Assembly: GCA_043228905.1 (NCBI GenBank)
Contig: JBHGNT010000007.1
Span: 18,538,001 to 18,602,000, forward strand
Length of the DNA: 64,000 bases
Direction: 5' to 3'
Origin: Azolla caroliniana
Lineage: Eukaryota > Plantae > Polypodiophyta
A program made the position numbers and the translations under genes. Shown piece by piece: positions 30,201 through 43,924 of this stretch (position 1 is the first letter of the stretch; every line of letters begins with the position of its first letter). Under the pieces are notes generated by a model that was not told where the DNA came from, searched no databases, and saw only the letters and a list, made by a program, of their open reading frames with translations.

Positions 30201-32520
30201 TGTGTTCTGTTTTTGTGCTCGAGCCACAATCAAACTTCCCTTGCTGAACTTCCATGTACCATTGTGAAAGCTACCATTGTAGCCAATATCAGATTTAGTC
30301 TAACATCCGGGACGTGGTGTATGTATCCTTCAACATTAACCTACAGCCAGTAGATGTTAACAAGCACATATTTCCTATACCTACAATCTTGCATTCACTG
30401 ACGTTCCTGTTAAGCCCTTGGATAACACCACGACCAGTTGTGAAGAAGAGTGCATCAACAAGGACACAATATGGTTAAAGGACCTACGAAGAGGGAATGA
30501 CAAGAGGAAAGAGGGCTAAAGGACATCGGAGTATGAAAGGCCCATACCCTAAACGTGAAAGCTATATAAACCACATAGTAGTGGCTTTGTGGGGGTTCTC
30601 CCATTTGTAAAGATCTCCTATTGATTAGAGCTAGAGCTTCCTCTCCTCCTTCTTGTAACCTTTGAGCTTAAGAGAGATTAGTGAGGTGTTTAGTTAGAGA
30701 ACACTAATCTCTCTCCTTGTTGGTGCTAGACCTCTTAGCAAAGAGGGTTAATAAGCATACCCTTCCTTCTTATTGTCTATATCTATTAACCTATTGTCTA
30801 TGAGAGAGAGCTTGAGAGAGTGAGAGAGATATCATGCTCAATCATTTACTAATCGTTAAGTGAGTGTGAGGCTCGGAGGTATCTGACAACCATCTCCGCC
30901 CGATTCGCCATCAAGAGGGTATACGCCGGTCCGAATCCCGCCACGACATCGAGGAGCTTACTCCATCGATACATAGATCCTTAACAGTTCCCCATCCTTA
31001 CATAACCATAGTCACCGGTTGTGTAAGATTAGAAACATTCTCTTTTGGGAGTTAGGTGAAATGATGCACCGGAATCAACTACAAAAGAGCACTCAACATT
31101 AGCAAGATTCACACTAGCTTGTTCACAAATGAATAGCAACTCTTCCTCACTGGATGTAATGGCTAAAGTGTTCTTATCATCAGAATTTTTTCTAAGTTCA
31201 ACAACTTCTTTGGAAATGACATGGTTTCCCACATTGACAGAAACCCATGGGTCTTCCTCTGGACTTTGACCTTGCATAAGACTTGTCTTTGTTTTCAGGA
31301 CTCCTATGTTTACTTCTTCCTCTACCAAGGTTTTGTGCCACATTCACTTCCGATTCATACAAGACACTTTTATCCTTTCTTGTCATTTCTTCATTTAGAA
31401 TGCTTGTCTTTACTACTTGTAAAGATAGGTTGTCTTCTTTACATGAGGTACTAAGTGACACTAGTAGATTCTCCCGACTGTCTGGTAGAATACATAGTAG
31501 TAGTATGGCCTGCATAGCATCATCTAATGGGAACTTCGTAGATACTAACTGGTTTATTAGACCCATGAAAGTACTAATGTGCACCACGATGCTATCACCA
31601 TGTGTGTACTTTAGTCTCACTATTTTCCTCATTAGGGAAGTTTTGTTTAGGGCATTTTTCCTTTCATACAAGACAACGAGTTTATGCCACAACTCGTAGG
31701 CATTTGTATCACTTGCTACATGATGTAGGATGCTTATGTCTACACATTGCCTTATAGTTGCCACAACCTTTCTATTTAGGATTTTCCACTCATATTCTAT
31801 TACCCCTGTGGGTATGTCACTTTTTTTCTATGGCTTCATACAGATCTTTGACTATCAGAAGATCTTCCATTTTGATCTTCCAATCTGAGTAGTTGTGCGA
31901 GTTCAGGACAATCATTCATAGAAAACCACTCACACTCCCTTCCATCTAGAACCTATCCCTTTGATACTAGTTTGATAATATTTACGCTCAGAGTTAAATC
32001 ACAAATATCAGAGAACACAAACAGAAATTAGACTACACACGATTTACGTGGAAAAATCCCAAATCATGGATAAAAACCACGGGCACTTTGGCCAACAAAA
32101 TTTCACTATGAGTGGAGTGTACAAACCAAAATAGATTTCAGAGCTTACAACTCTCTATAACGAAGGTTCAACTATGAGAGTACAACAATAGTACGAATCT
32201 CACAACACAATGTATGAAATGCGTAAACCTTATTTAGGATATGGTGTACATTAGGTCGTTGTCTGAAACCTTGATTAGGGTTTCAGCCTTGTCCACCAAG
32301 AACCCACGTTTCTTTCTTGTCTTTATTGTTTTCCCTCTGTCTCCCTTTCTTTCTTAGTTCTTCCTCGTTTCGCTCTCTTTCTCATTTCATCTCTATTTCA
32401 CTCTTGCTCTCACTCTGTTCTCGGCTTCACATTCTCGGTTCCCTCTTCTTCTCTCTCTGGCACTTCTCTCTCCCTTAGTGCTTCACGGATTCACAACTCT
32501 CTAATTCAATATATACCTGA

Positions 32521-32584
<64 letters not shown>

Positions 32585-32711
32585 TCTTCCATTCAGCCAA
32601 GTCTCATTTCGGCTTTTCGGCGGATTTCGGCCAACCGACTCCTTTCAGCTTCTCAACCGATTTTAGCTTTTCAGCCGTGTCCCCCATCAGGAGGGACAAC
32701 CTTACACAACA
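26662..32711 (-). mobile_element. Ty1/copia LTR retrotransposon (tentatively Tnt1/Tto1-like), decayed, nested in the gypsy 5' LTR. LTRs 26662-27408 and 31973-32711
   Basis: TG...CA LTR pair with perfect TSD TAGAG (26657-61 / 32712-16). Degenerate PBS at ~31958-31969, PPT at 27411-18. Gag from ~31945, integrase (LWHKRLDH, LELVHTD), RT (QLDVKT..LHG, YGLKQAPRQWY, LYVDD) and RNase H (DSDMSGD...TSGY). Confidence 0.95.
30408..30986 (+). mobile_element. Solo LTR (579 bp) inserted into the copia protease region
   Basis: Termini TGTTAAG...CTTAACA with perfect TSD GTTCC (30403-07 / 30987-91) and an internal TATA (ctatataaa, ~30562). Removing it restores copia VRMGN|VSECKIVGIG. Confidence 0.88.
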
Positions 32712-35700
32712 TAGAGTGCACTCAATAATCTAATGAAGGATGGAACTCCTCTAGAGTGCACTCACTACCATAAGGTACTCATGTACCATACGGGGGGGGG
32801 GGGCTATCAAGAGAATGAAGAGGGATCTTCTATTTAAGCTGGATGAAGGGTGGTTGGGCGGAAGTTCAACGTATCCAAATAATTTCTCTCTCTTGTAGTC
32901 TGATTCCTGTAGACGAAGAGCGTCGACACGCGAGTTTGAACTGATCGGTGATCCACCCTTATCTCAAACATTTCGGTGTTCTTACATGGTATTAGAGCAA
33001 ACTCACTATGATTATGCTTGCGACTTGCGGGAATCGTGAATTCGAAAGGTAGTGTTCTTTTAATTAGCCTCCATGAAGTACTAATTCTAGAAATGGTTGT
33101 GCTAGAAAATATGGATGCACCAACCATGGAAGCGGCTCCCAATGCCTCCGTTACTTCCAACCCCGCGAATGTATCACTGGCCTCGGAGGAGGTTCCTATA
33201 AATCCTCTTCGAAACCTCCATCTATGCGTTAAGGAACTCGAGACGAGAGTTGCCTTACTTGAAAGTGAAGCCGACAATCTTATCACTACGGTCAGGGACC
33301 TTAGTGCTCGCCTCGTCGACAAATGCGGAGTTGGTGCGCCTACTTGCCAAAGAGTCTCATGCCAAGAATGACACAGGAAAAGAAGCAGCTCAACTCACCG
33401 ACGAAGCTCCACGTGTGAAGCCTGGTGAACCTGAAAGCTAGAATGGAGCTCGAGATACCCAAGTTTTAGAGAAATTCATTTGGGATTGCGAGCAATTCTT
33501 CCTAGCCACTCGTATCCTCAATGAGGCGGATCGTGTCTTCCATTGCTCCATCTTCTTGGTCGGGGACACTAAGCTATGGTGGCGCAACTTCATCGATGAT
33601 AGTATTCAACGAAACGGTCCCATGCCCGTGAATACGTGGGAAGAATTGAAGGAGGCTCTCAACAAACAATTTCTTCCTTCTAATTCCGAGTTGAAGGCTC
33701 GACAACAACTTGACCTACTTTGTCACACGGGCCATATCAAGGATTATGTTAAATCCTTTCACACTATTATGCTACAAATCCACTCCATGGGAGAACAAGA
33801 TCGTTTCTTTGCATTTACAAACCGGTTGAAGGAGTGGGCTGAAAACGAGCTCCGCCGACAAAATGTAACAACTCTTGCAGCTGCATATGAAGCGGCAGAT
33901 CGTCTCACCGATTGACATTCTCAAGGTGGCTCCTCCGATTTCAAAGGCAAAGAAAAGAGGGGTCCGCCAAATTTGAAGGCACTCAATACTCATCCCTTCA
34001 AGAAGGCGGCTTCTAATTCACAAGGAGGTGGATCTCGGCCCCCCATCTATGGCAAAAATGTTGCAAAAAAGTTTCCTTTCGAGAAGACTATGAATGCGAA
34101 TTCCTTCAAGATCTAGGATGCTACCGTGAAAAGGAAGCTTAGTGCTTCATTTGCCAAGGTGACCATTTTGCAAGAGATTGCCCATTCAAGGGCCAACTCC
34201 ACTCGCTTGTTAAGGCTTCAGACGATGAAGCAAACAACCAAACCATGGGCCACATCAAGCGTTTGTGTGCGGTTCTTGAGGTAAAGAGTGATCATTCATT
34301 ACTTTATGTTAGTGCTCTAATCAATGGTCATTTGTGTCAAGTGATGGTGGATATGGGTGCGTCTCACGAGTTCATGACGCCGACCCTCGCCAAAGCTTGT
34401 GGGCTACGTATGGAGGTCAATTCCGAGAGCACTTGGAAGAACGTCAACAGAAAGGAGAAGCAAGTGGGATGGATTACTCCTAATGTTGTGGTTAATGTTG
34501 GAGAGGTGACTGTGCGCATTAAATTTAGCATCGTCGAGATGGATGATTTTGATGTGGTTTTGGGTCAATCTTGGGCGAGATTGCCGCGCGCACTACCTTG
34601 TCCTTTTGGTGAGCAAGATCTATTTATGCAAGATAAACTTCATGTTGTAAAAGCTTCTTCCTCTCGCCCCAACCCCCTCTCACAAATTCTCTCCTCCATG
34701 CAACTCAAGAAGCGGGTTGCCTTATGATAGCTGCTATTTTTAAGGATACCAATGATCGTGGCCATCCCTTGTCCGTAAAGGACATTCATCCTAACATGAT
34801 GGTTTTGTTAGATATGTTTCAAGACGTCATGCCCAACGCTTTACCAAAGGAGTTGCCCCCAAAAAGGGAGGTTGATCATCACATCGAGGTGGTGCCGAGG
34901 TGCACTCCTCCAATGAAGAGCCCTTATCACCTAAGCATTGTCGAGAATGCAGAGTTAAAGTGTCAACTCAATGAGCTACTAGAGGTGGGATTCATACACC
35001 CTTCTAGATCTCCTTATGGAGCACCGGTGCTCTTCGTCAAGAATAAGGATGGAAGCTTGAGAACGTGCGTTGATTATCGAGCGTTGAACAAGCTCACCAT
35101 CAAGAATCGCTACCCTCTTCCTAACGTTCGAAAGATGTTCGATCAACTAGGGAAGGCACGTTACTTCACCAAGATAGATCTTCGTTCGGGATATTATCAA
35201 GTGAGGGTCGCCGAAGGTGATGTGGAGAAAACCTCCATGCGAACTCGCTATGGCTCATATGAGTGGCTCGTAATGTCGATGGGCTTAACCAATGCAGTAG
35301 CGACCTTTAGCACACTCAGGAATCAAGTGTTTGGGCCGGAGTTTGACAAAGGCATTGTGGTCTACCTCGACGACTTGCTTGTCTTTAGCCGTACTTGGGA
35401 ACAACACTTGAGGGATGTTGAGATGGCTCTCCAAATATTAAGGGAGAACCACCTCTACGTGAAGAAATCCAAGTGTGAGTTTGGTGTGGAAGTAATGTAC
35501 TTCCTTGGCTTCAAAATAGCTCGTGGTGAGTTACAACCCGAAGAGGAAAAGCTCTGTGCAATCAAGGAATGGCCTACACCACGTTTGGTAACGGATGTCC
35601 GTTCTTTCCTTGGTTTAGCTTCCTTCTATCGTGTGTTTATTGATGGTTTTTCGCATCTCTCTACCCCTCTCTCTAATCTTACTAAAAGTGGGAAAAAGTG

Positions 35701-38497
35701 GTTTTGGTGTGGCAAGTGTGCTTGAGCTTTTGATGCCTTAAAAGAACCGTTGTTCAGCCATGTTTGGCACTACCTGACTTTGACAAGCCATTTGAGCTTC
35801 ATACAAATGCTTCTGATTATGCTATGGGTGGAGTGCTCCTGCAAGAAGGAAAGCCGGTGGCCTTTGAGAGCAAGAAGCTCATGAATTGAGAGACGTGATA
35901 CCCCACCCATCAGAAGGAGATGGCGGCCACTGTCCATTGTCTTCGTACATGGAGACATTACTTGATGGGGAGGCACTTCACTGTCCACACGGATAACATC
36001 ACCTCAAGGTACTTTGCTTCACAACTGAAACTCACTACAAAGCAAGCTCGGTGGTAAGACTTCCTTGCCGGTTATGATTTCGAACTCAAGTACAAGCCCG
36101 GAAAGCAAAATGTGGTAGTTGATGCTCTTAGTCGAAGAGCCCATTTGACAATCATGCATGTGGTGGTGGATACTAATATGTTGCCAACCCTCAAGACTGT
36201 GTATCATGGTGATGAATATGCACAAAATTGCCTTCGTTTGTTTGCTAATGGTGAAAAGGTGGCCCATCTATCTCTCAAAGATGGGGTGATCTATTTCAAG
36301 CAACAAAGATTCTATGTACCTCAAGTAGTGAGGAAAGAAGTAATGTACAAGTGTCATGACACATTGTGGGCCGGACACCTTGGTGGGGATAAAACCATGG
36401 AAATGTTGACTCGTAGGTACTTTTGGCCACACATGGGCAAAGAAGTGCAAGCCTATGTGAGAGGATGCCGCCGAAAGATGCAAGCCCGCGGGATTGCTTC
36501 AACTGTTAAGCATCCCAAATCAACCATGGGAATCCCTTGGCATGGACTTCATCACAAGCTTGACGGAAATCCAAAACTACACGGGTATCTTTGTTGTCAT
36601 GGATCGTGTTACGAAGTATCCTCACTTTGTGGCCTACGATTCACGAAAGCCCCGCAAATGCTGAGTATGTGGCGAAACTTTTCTTTGCAAATGTGTTTAA
36701 ATACCACGGGTTCCCAAGAGAGATAATTAGCAATCGTGATAGTCGCTTCACCGGTAAATTTTGGTCCACACTTTTCACTTTGATGGGTACTAACCTCAAG
36801 TTTAGTAGTTCCTATCACCCACAGACAGATGGACAAGCGGAAAGGATTAATCAAACTTGGAGGATTATCTTTGCCTTTATGTGAGCTTGGACTGGCAAAA
36901 GGATTGGTCCCAATACCTCGACATAGAGGAGTTCTCCTACAACCTCCACAAGCAAGATTCCACAGGATTTAGTCCTTTTGAACTCAATTATGGGTTCCAA
37001 CCTTTGTCTCCCATAGACCTTATGGTGTTACCATTAGTTAGCATTGTTCCGAGTGCTAATATCGTAATGAATAGGTGGTCCACCCGTCTCAACCAAGCTA
37101 AGGAACCCATAGAGAAGGCTCAAGCTAGGTACAAGAAATATGCCAACCTCAAACGTAGGCATGACGAATATGAAGTGGGTGACTTGGTGTTTGTCAAGTT
37201 GGATAACGAACAATTTATTCTTCCAAAGGGTATCCCTCCAAAGTTTGCTCGACGGTACGATGGTCCCTTTCCCATCATTGAGAAACTATCTCCCTTGACT
37301 TACAAAGTCAAGCTATCGGAGCACATGGGCGTGCATCCGGTGTTCCACATTTTCTTGCTCAAGAGGAGCTACTTGGATGAAAACCATGAGGAAATGGCGA
37401 TTCAAAGGGGTCCGTTTTGGTGATTGACAAAGGTAGCAACTTTGTCTTGGAGGTCATCCTTCATCATTGGGATAGACCAAACCAAAATGGGCCTAATAGG
37501 CTCTACCTTTGCCAATGGAAAGGCAAACCCACGGAAGAGAATTGGTGGCAACAAGGCACAAACTTGTGGCAATTTGGAGATATGGTTAATGCATATAATT
37601 CCCCTCACCCTTTTAAAACGAAGAGGGGACGCATTCTTCATAGGGGGGGAATTTTAACACATCCGATGTTTTGAGGGGTTTCGTGATCGGAACCGCAACA
37701 CACCACCTCGACGGATTGAGGTGAGGGCCTTTCTCGACGGATAGAGAAGGTGCCCATGACTCGAGGCAATAGTCGTGGGCTTCTAAGTCTACTTGATGGA
37801 TGGAGAAGACACCCATGACTCAAGGTGTGAGTCAGGGGTTTATGGCATGTGCACCATTGCCAAAGTGCAATGTGAGGGATGGAATATCTCCAGAGTGCAG
37901 TCACTACTAGAAGGTACTCATGTACAGGGTGGTTGGGCGGAAGTTCGGCGGATCCAAAAAATTTCTCTCTCTTGTAGTCTGATTCCCGTAGACGAAGAGC
38001 GTCGATACGCGAGTCCGAACCAATCGATGATCGACCCTTATCTCAAAATTTCGGTGGTGTCCCACCCTCCCTTCTTGATCTAATGTCTCACACAACGATA
38101 GCCAAATATATATGGAAGCGACCTATAAATAGTAGAGTATATATAGACACTTAGACTATACATAACATGATCTGTATATGTCATTCACCTAACTAATAGG
38201 AGACAATTTTTGCTTGGGGGAAAAAAAGTTTTTTTAGTTAAAAAAGGAAGAAGTAGAGTTAGTTTTTAAACGGGGAAATAGATTAAATGTGCCTTATTCC
38301 ACATGACAAAAAAGCAACTCACCACCTAGTGGCTCCACCTTTTTGTAGGCAAAACAATGCAATTTGGACACTTAGCAAAGTTGTTGCAATCAAATGTTTG
38401 TGGCTTTTAGGGATATTATCATTTCTAAATGAATTGATTATTAACATTCTAAAAGACAAATGATAAATTATGGAATTTCTTCATCCGACAAAACATT

Positions 38498-41400
38498 TGT
38501 TAGAAATATTGAGAATCGATTAGATAGGTGATAGAGTTACAACCACAAAGATGGATCTACGAAAACAAAACTTCTATTACATATGAGAGTAGCTCACAAT
38601 GGTAGTTCACCCATGCACTCACACCTTAGAGCTTAGATGGGATCTGGACCAACTCACTACAAAATTAGTGGAGAATATCTCCACTATGTAAGAGAGTGGA
38701 TTATATTCTCTGTTTGGTCGGAGTGTAACATTAAATGTGCATGTTAGTTGATAGTAGTGGAGATATTCCTTTTCTATCAACTGACTTGTCATTTAACATG
38801 ACCCAACTCCCTAGATACAGGCTAGTGCTAGATATTACTTATCTTGAAGTCAATGGCACATACTTCAAGACTAAGTACATTGCAAATTTCCCACAAAATA
38901 TTCTAGTTGACTTGATTAGCCAATCCTATTACCAATTTCGCTCTTTCCTAAATCCATTGTGTCCTACACATCTACGGTTTCCTAGATTAACACCTTATCG
39001 ACCCATATGGTCGAGTTGCACACTAGTTGCTCCTCATTTTTGGCGCTATCACAAAATGTGCACTCTAAGAGCACATATGGGGATAGATTTACAACTTGGG
39101 GCGGATCATTGATTATATCTAAACCCCCCCTCAATGGTCAACCCATCGAGTTCACTTGGAATTGGGCCAAGTCCTAGTCGTCGAATGTGTTGTTGTAGTT
39201 GTTCTCCTCCAAGCGCCTTTCTGAAGATATCCCTAGCATTTTCTGATGTCGGACAGTACTCAAGCTCCACAGTCTCATCATTTATTAGCTCCCGCACATA
39301 GTGATACTGAATCTCTATGTGTTTAGTACATGCATGAAATACGGGGTTCTTGGCAATGGCCATGCAACTCTGATTGTCACACCTCAATACCGTTGTCGTC
39401 CTTATTGGAACCACCACATCCATAAGGATTCTTCTTACCCAAACTACCTTGCATGCCGCTATGCATGTTGCTTTGTATTCTGGCCCCATTGAAGATAGTG
39501 CCATTGTTGGTTGTTTTTTACTACTCCATGAAACAGCTCTAGAGCCTATTGAAAAACAATATCTAGAAATTGATTTTCTGGAATCACTATCTCCAGCCCA
39601 GTCGGAGTCGCAATATCCACTAAGTTTGTCAATAATTGTTGGCTTATAGAAGATACTGTAATTTAAAGTACCCACAATGTACTTTAATACACGTAGTGCA
39701 ACTTTCCAATGAGTCTCCTTCGGCTTGTTACTGAATCGACTCACCAAACTGACTGCAAAACAAATATACGGCCTAGTGTTGCATAGGAAAATTAAACTTC
39801 CTACTAGTTGTCTATACTTCCTTATGTCAACCATTGGTGATGGGTCTTCTTGGGATAGCTTGGAGTTTGACTCCATTGGAATCGACTTCGACTTGTTGTC
39901 CATCATCTCAAAGGTCTTCAAGATCTCTGTTGCGTACTTTCTTTGTGACATGAAGATGCCAACTAAGGTTTGCCAACTAAGGTTTGCCAAACCTCAATTC
40001 CAAGGAAGTAGTAAAATTCCCAAGTTTGTCATTTCAAACTCAGTTTTCAAACACTCTTGTGTTTGGCCAATACACTCTTCATGGTCACCCGTAAGTACTA
40101 GATCATCCACGTAAATGATGATGATGACTTGTTTCCCGTCCTTCATTTTGACATACATACTTGCATCTGAAGCACATTGTTTAAAGTTGATTGATTGTAA
40201 GAAGTTGTCTATCCTCTTGTTCCAAGCTCTAGGTGTTTGCTTTAGACCATACAACGCCTTCTTCAGCTTGCAAACTTTGTTTTCTGAATTCGGCATCTCA
40301 AACCCTGGTGGTTGTGTCACTATACCTCCTCCTTGAGATACCCACTCAGAAATGCCGATTTGACATCCATTTGATAAATCGACCATCCTCCTGAAGTAGC
40401 CAACGCTATGACGATTCGAATTGTTGTCATGCAAGTTGTCGGAGCAAATGTTTCTTGTACATCAAACCCTTCAATTTGGGAGTATCATTGCGCTACTAGC
40501 TTGGCCTTAAATTTCTCCAAAGAACCATCAGCTTTATACTTTATTTTCCACACCCACTTGGTGCCTATCACCTTCCTCTTTGTTGGCCTCTACCAACTCC
40601 CACGTGTCATTTTTCATGATGCTATCGTATTCTGATATCATCGCCTCTTTCCACTTCAGGTCGGCCATGGCTTCCTCCACCGAGGTCGGGTCACTCACTG
40701 AGCCTATGATGTCCACCATCAGAGCCATGTTGACAATGTGGTTAGAGGTTCTCCATTTCTCCTGTATTCTTCTTGATCTTCGTAATCCATTAGTTGAAGT
40801 TTCAAGAAACTCAACTTAGGAGTACGGTCATTGAAGAGTTGTTGAGCCCACTTAGGTATTTTCATTACATGTGGCACTAGCATAGGCTGAACTAGAGAGC
40901 CATTACCATCAGATGGTTCAACTTCCTTTTCTGGACAATGGGTCAGGATTGGGGGGAATACTTCTTCGGTTGATGAGATAACTTGAGAATCGTTGTTCTC
41001 AGCTAGTTGTGGTCGTTCATCATCGAACACCACATTGCGGCTTGTCAATATCTTTCTTGCCTCTGGATCGTAGAGTCGACAGGCCTTTGACTCTTCACTA
41101 TATCCAAGAAAGATACACTTCTTGCTTTTAGCATCCAACTTCTTTCTGGTCACAGTTGGAACATGTGCATAACACGTACACCCAAAGGTTCTGAAGTGCA
41201 GCACTGAAGGTTTCTTGCTTGAATAAGCTTCTTGGGGTGTTTTCCCTTGAAGTGCCTTCGTGTAGCTCCGATTGAGGATGTAAACTGTCGTATTCACTGC
41301 TTCAGCTCAAAATGGGTCGGACAACGCTTGTGCCTTCAACATACACCTAGCCATCTTGACAATTGTTCGGTTTCGACGTTCAACAACACCATTTTTTTGT

Positions 41401-43137
41401 GCGGTGTAGGAAGTTGTAAGTTGGCGCTTAATTCCATGCGCTTAACTTTCCGGACTCCCGCCGACAAACTTATGCCATCTTTTGAAGATTTTAAAAGCTT
41501 CAGCCTTCTCCCGAAGGAAGTAAACCCACATCTTTCTACTGAAGTCATCGACTACTAGCATATAGTAGAGAGATCCACCCATTGCAAGAGTCAACATTTT
41601 TCCAGAGAGGTCGATGTGTATTAGTTGTAGAGGATTCTTTGTCTGATTTTGACTCTCTTTTGGAATGGTTGATCTTTGATGATTGCCCATCATACAAGCA
41701 TCACAAACATGACTTAAGTCAGATAGGGTTGGCAACCCAACTACCATATTCGACTTCTTCATCTCCTTCAACACAGCAACATTGAGATGCCATCTCTCAT
41801 GCCATTGCTTTGTATTAGTACTTGTGTTGTTGTCAATAGAAATTGTAAACGCACTCAGCTCATAGAGATTGTTGCGCCTTACCTCTATTCTTACAACCTT
41901 ACCAGCAGAATCTGTTATTTATGCACTCGACTTCTTGAATCGAACATCAAGACCCTTGTCGGTCAGTGCAGAAATGGACAATAGATTCTTCTTGAGATCT
42001 GGCATGTACAACACTTGAGAGAGATGCTTTGTCCCGCCGATCATTGCTTTGAGGGAGACGGTTCCAGTTCCTTTGGCTGGACATCGAGCATTGTTCCCGA
42101 CCACAACATTGATGAGCTCTTGTAGAGGTGTCCAAGAGTTGTACCAGTCACGATTACTGGTCATATGCACCACTATCGAGAATCCAAGAGTCGTCAACAA
42201 CTTGAGTGTCAATTGAAGAACACACTTCTTCAGTTGCAACCCATAACTCAAGCTCATCTATGACATTGTTGGTGGACTCGGGCTCTCTCCAAGAAGTCTT
42301 ACTAGAACCATTCTTCTCATCTGCCATCTTCTTCCGACAATCCTTGATTGTGTGACCCTTCTTGTCATAGTAGAAACACGATCCATTGAACTTCTTCTTC
42401 TTTGGTATCCAATTTGCATTGTTTGAATTGGATGCCCCTTTACCCTTAGTCCTAGAGATAAATGTTGAATCTTCCCTTCCTTCTCTTGTCTTCAACTGAA
42501 GCTCCTCTTCAAGCAGCATTGCACTTAGTTCATCAAATTTTAAAGGAGTCGGTTGAACCTAAGTGTTCAATGTTGTTACAATGCCATCATACTTGGAAGG
42601 AAGTACTCGAATGCAACGACGAGCCATATCCTCTGGAGAGACAACTACTCCAACAGCTGCCAACTGATCTTGAAGATCCTTAATCCTTTTTACAAAGGAT
42701 TCTACTTTCTCTCCAACGGCGAGCTTCCATGCAACAAGCTGATTTTCGAGGTTTTGTATCCTTGTATAGTTTCTGGTTTCATACAAGCTGACCAATATTC
42801 TCCAAGCTTCATGTGCCCTGGTTGTATGTTAAACTAATGTTAGTACAGAGTCACATACATCAGTGACTATGGTACACAGTGCATCAACATTCCTTCTCTT
42901 CCACGCTCGAAGTAGATCAGCATTTGGAGGGATTTATGTGGTAGGGTGTGCAGGGTCAAAGGTCACCATGGGCTCAAGGTCTCCTCCTGTGGGTCCCATG
43001 ATTGTCTCCAACAACTCGTAGGAGTCCAAAATGGCAGACATTTTGAACTTCCATAGAGTGTAGTTGGTTCCATCTAGCTTTCCATCAAACAATGGAGGTG
43101 GGCGAATGCGTAGTGGAGCAGTTGCAACATTCGTGGA

Positions 43138-43232
<95 letters not shown>

Positions 43233-43924
43233 GACAACAACAATCCATATATACTTGATCTAGATCAACCTCTCAGCTTTGATACCATGTTAGAAATATT
43301 GAGAATCGATTAGATAGGTATATAGAGTTACAACAACAAAGATGGATCTACGAAAACAAAACTTCTATTACATATGAGAGTAGCTCACAATGGTAGTTCA
43401 CCCATGCGCTCACACCTTAGAGCTTAGATGGGATCTGGACCAACTCACTACAAAATTAGTGGGGATTGATGATCAATACTCCACTACGTAAGAGAGTGGA
43501 TTATATTCTCTGTTTGGTCTGAGTGTAACATTAAATGTGCATGTTAGTTTATAGCAGTGGAGATATTCCTTTTCTATCAACTGACTTGTCATTTAATATG
43601 ACCCAACTCCCTAGATACAGGCTAGTGCTAGATATTACTTATCTTGAAGTCAATGGCACATACTTCAAGACTAAGTACATTGCAACTTGCCCACAAAATA
43701 TTCTAGTTGACTTGATTAGCCAATCCTATTACCTATTTTGCTCTTTCCTAAATCCATTGTGTCCTACACATCTATGGTTTCCTAGATTAACACCTTATCG
43801 ACCCATATGGTCGAGTTGCACACTGGTTGCTCCTCATTTGTGGCGCTATCACAAAATGTGCACTCTAAGAGCACATATGGGGATAGATTTACAACTTGGG
43901 GCGGATCATTGATTATATCTAACA
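38498..43924 (-). mobile_element. Full-length Ty1/copia LTR retrotransposon, decayed. LTRs 38498-~39123 and 43288-43924
   Basis: Near-identical ~630-bp LTRs (duplicate 125-aa ORFs at 38735 and 43535) with perfect TSD ACATT. PBS gctttgatacca at 43276-87, PPT at 39124-31. Gag (LDGTNYTLWKFKM), WILDSGA protease, integrase, RT (YVDD) and RNase H (DSDWAGD). Confidence 0.95.
43140..43225. repeat. (TC)~42 microsatellite inside the copia leader/gag start
   Basis: Seen directly. Confidence 0.95.

Larger units (their letters stand above)
26323..38064 (+). mobile_element. Ty3/gypsy chromovirus-type LTR retrotransposon, decayed. 5' LTR 26323-32986 (interrupted by a copia), 3' LTR 37653-38064
   Basis: 26323ff is homologous to 37653ff. 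PBS tggtattagagc (tRNA-iMet type) at 32987; PPT aggggggga at 37642. Gag (LWWRN...TWEELKEALNKQF), zinc knuckle CFICQGDHFARDC (~34143), protease MVDMGASH, RT (CVDYRALN...YLDD), RNase H, integrase (HPQTDGQAER) and a C-terminal chromodomain-like segment (LYLCQWKGKPTEENWW). Several stops and frameshifts. Confidence 0.93.

Noticed and set aside
38735-43912. Duplicated 125-aa ORF (38735-39112, 43535-43912)
   Set aside because: It lies inside the two LTRs of the copia. The duplication reflects LTR identity and there is no recognisable domain.
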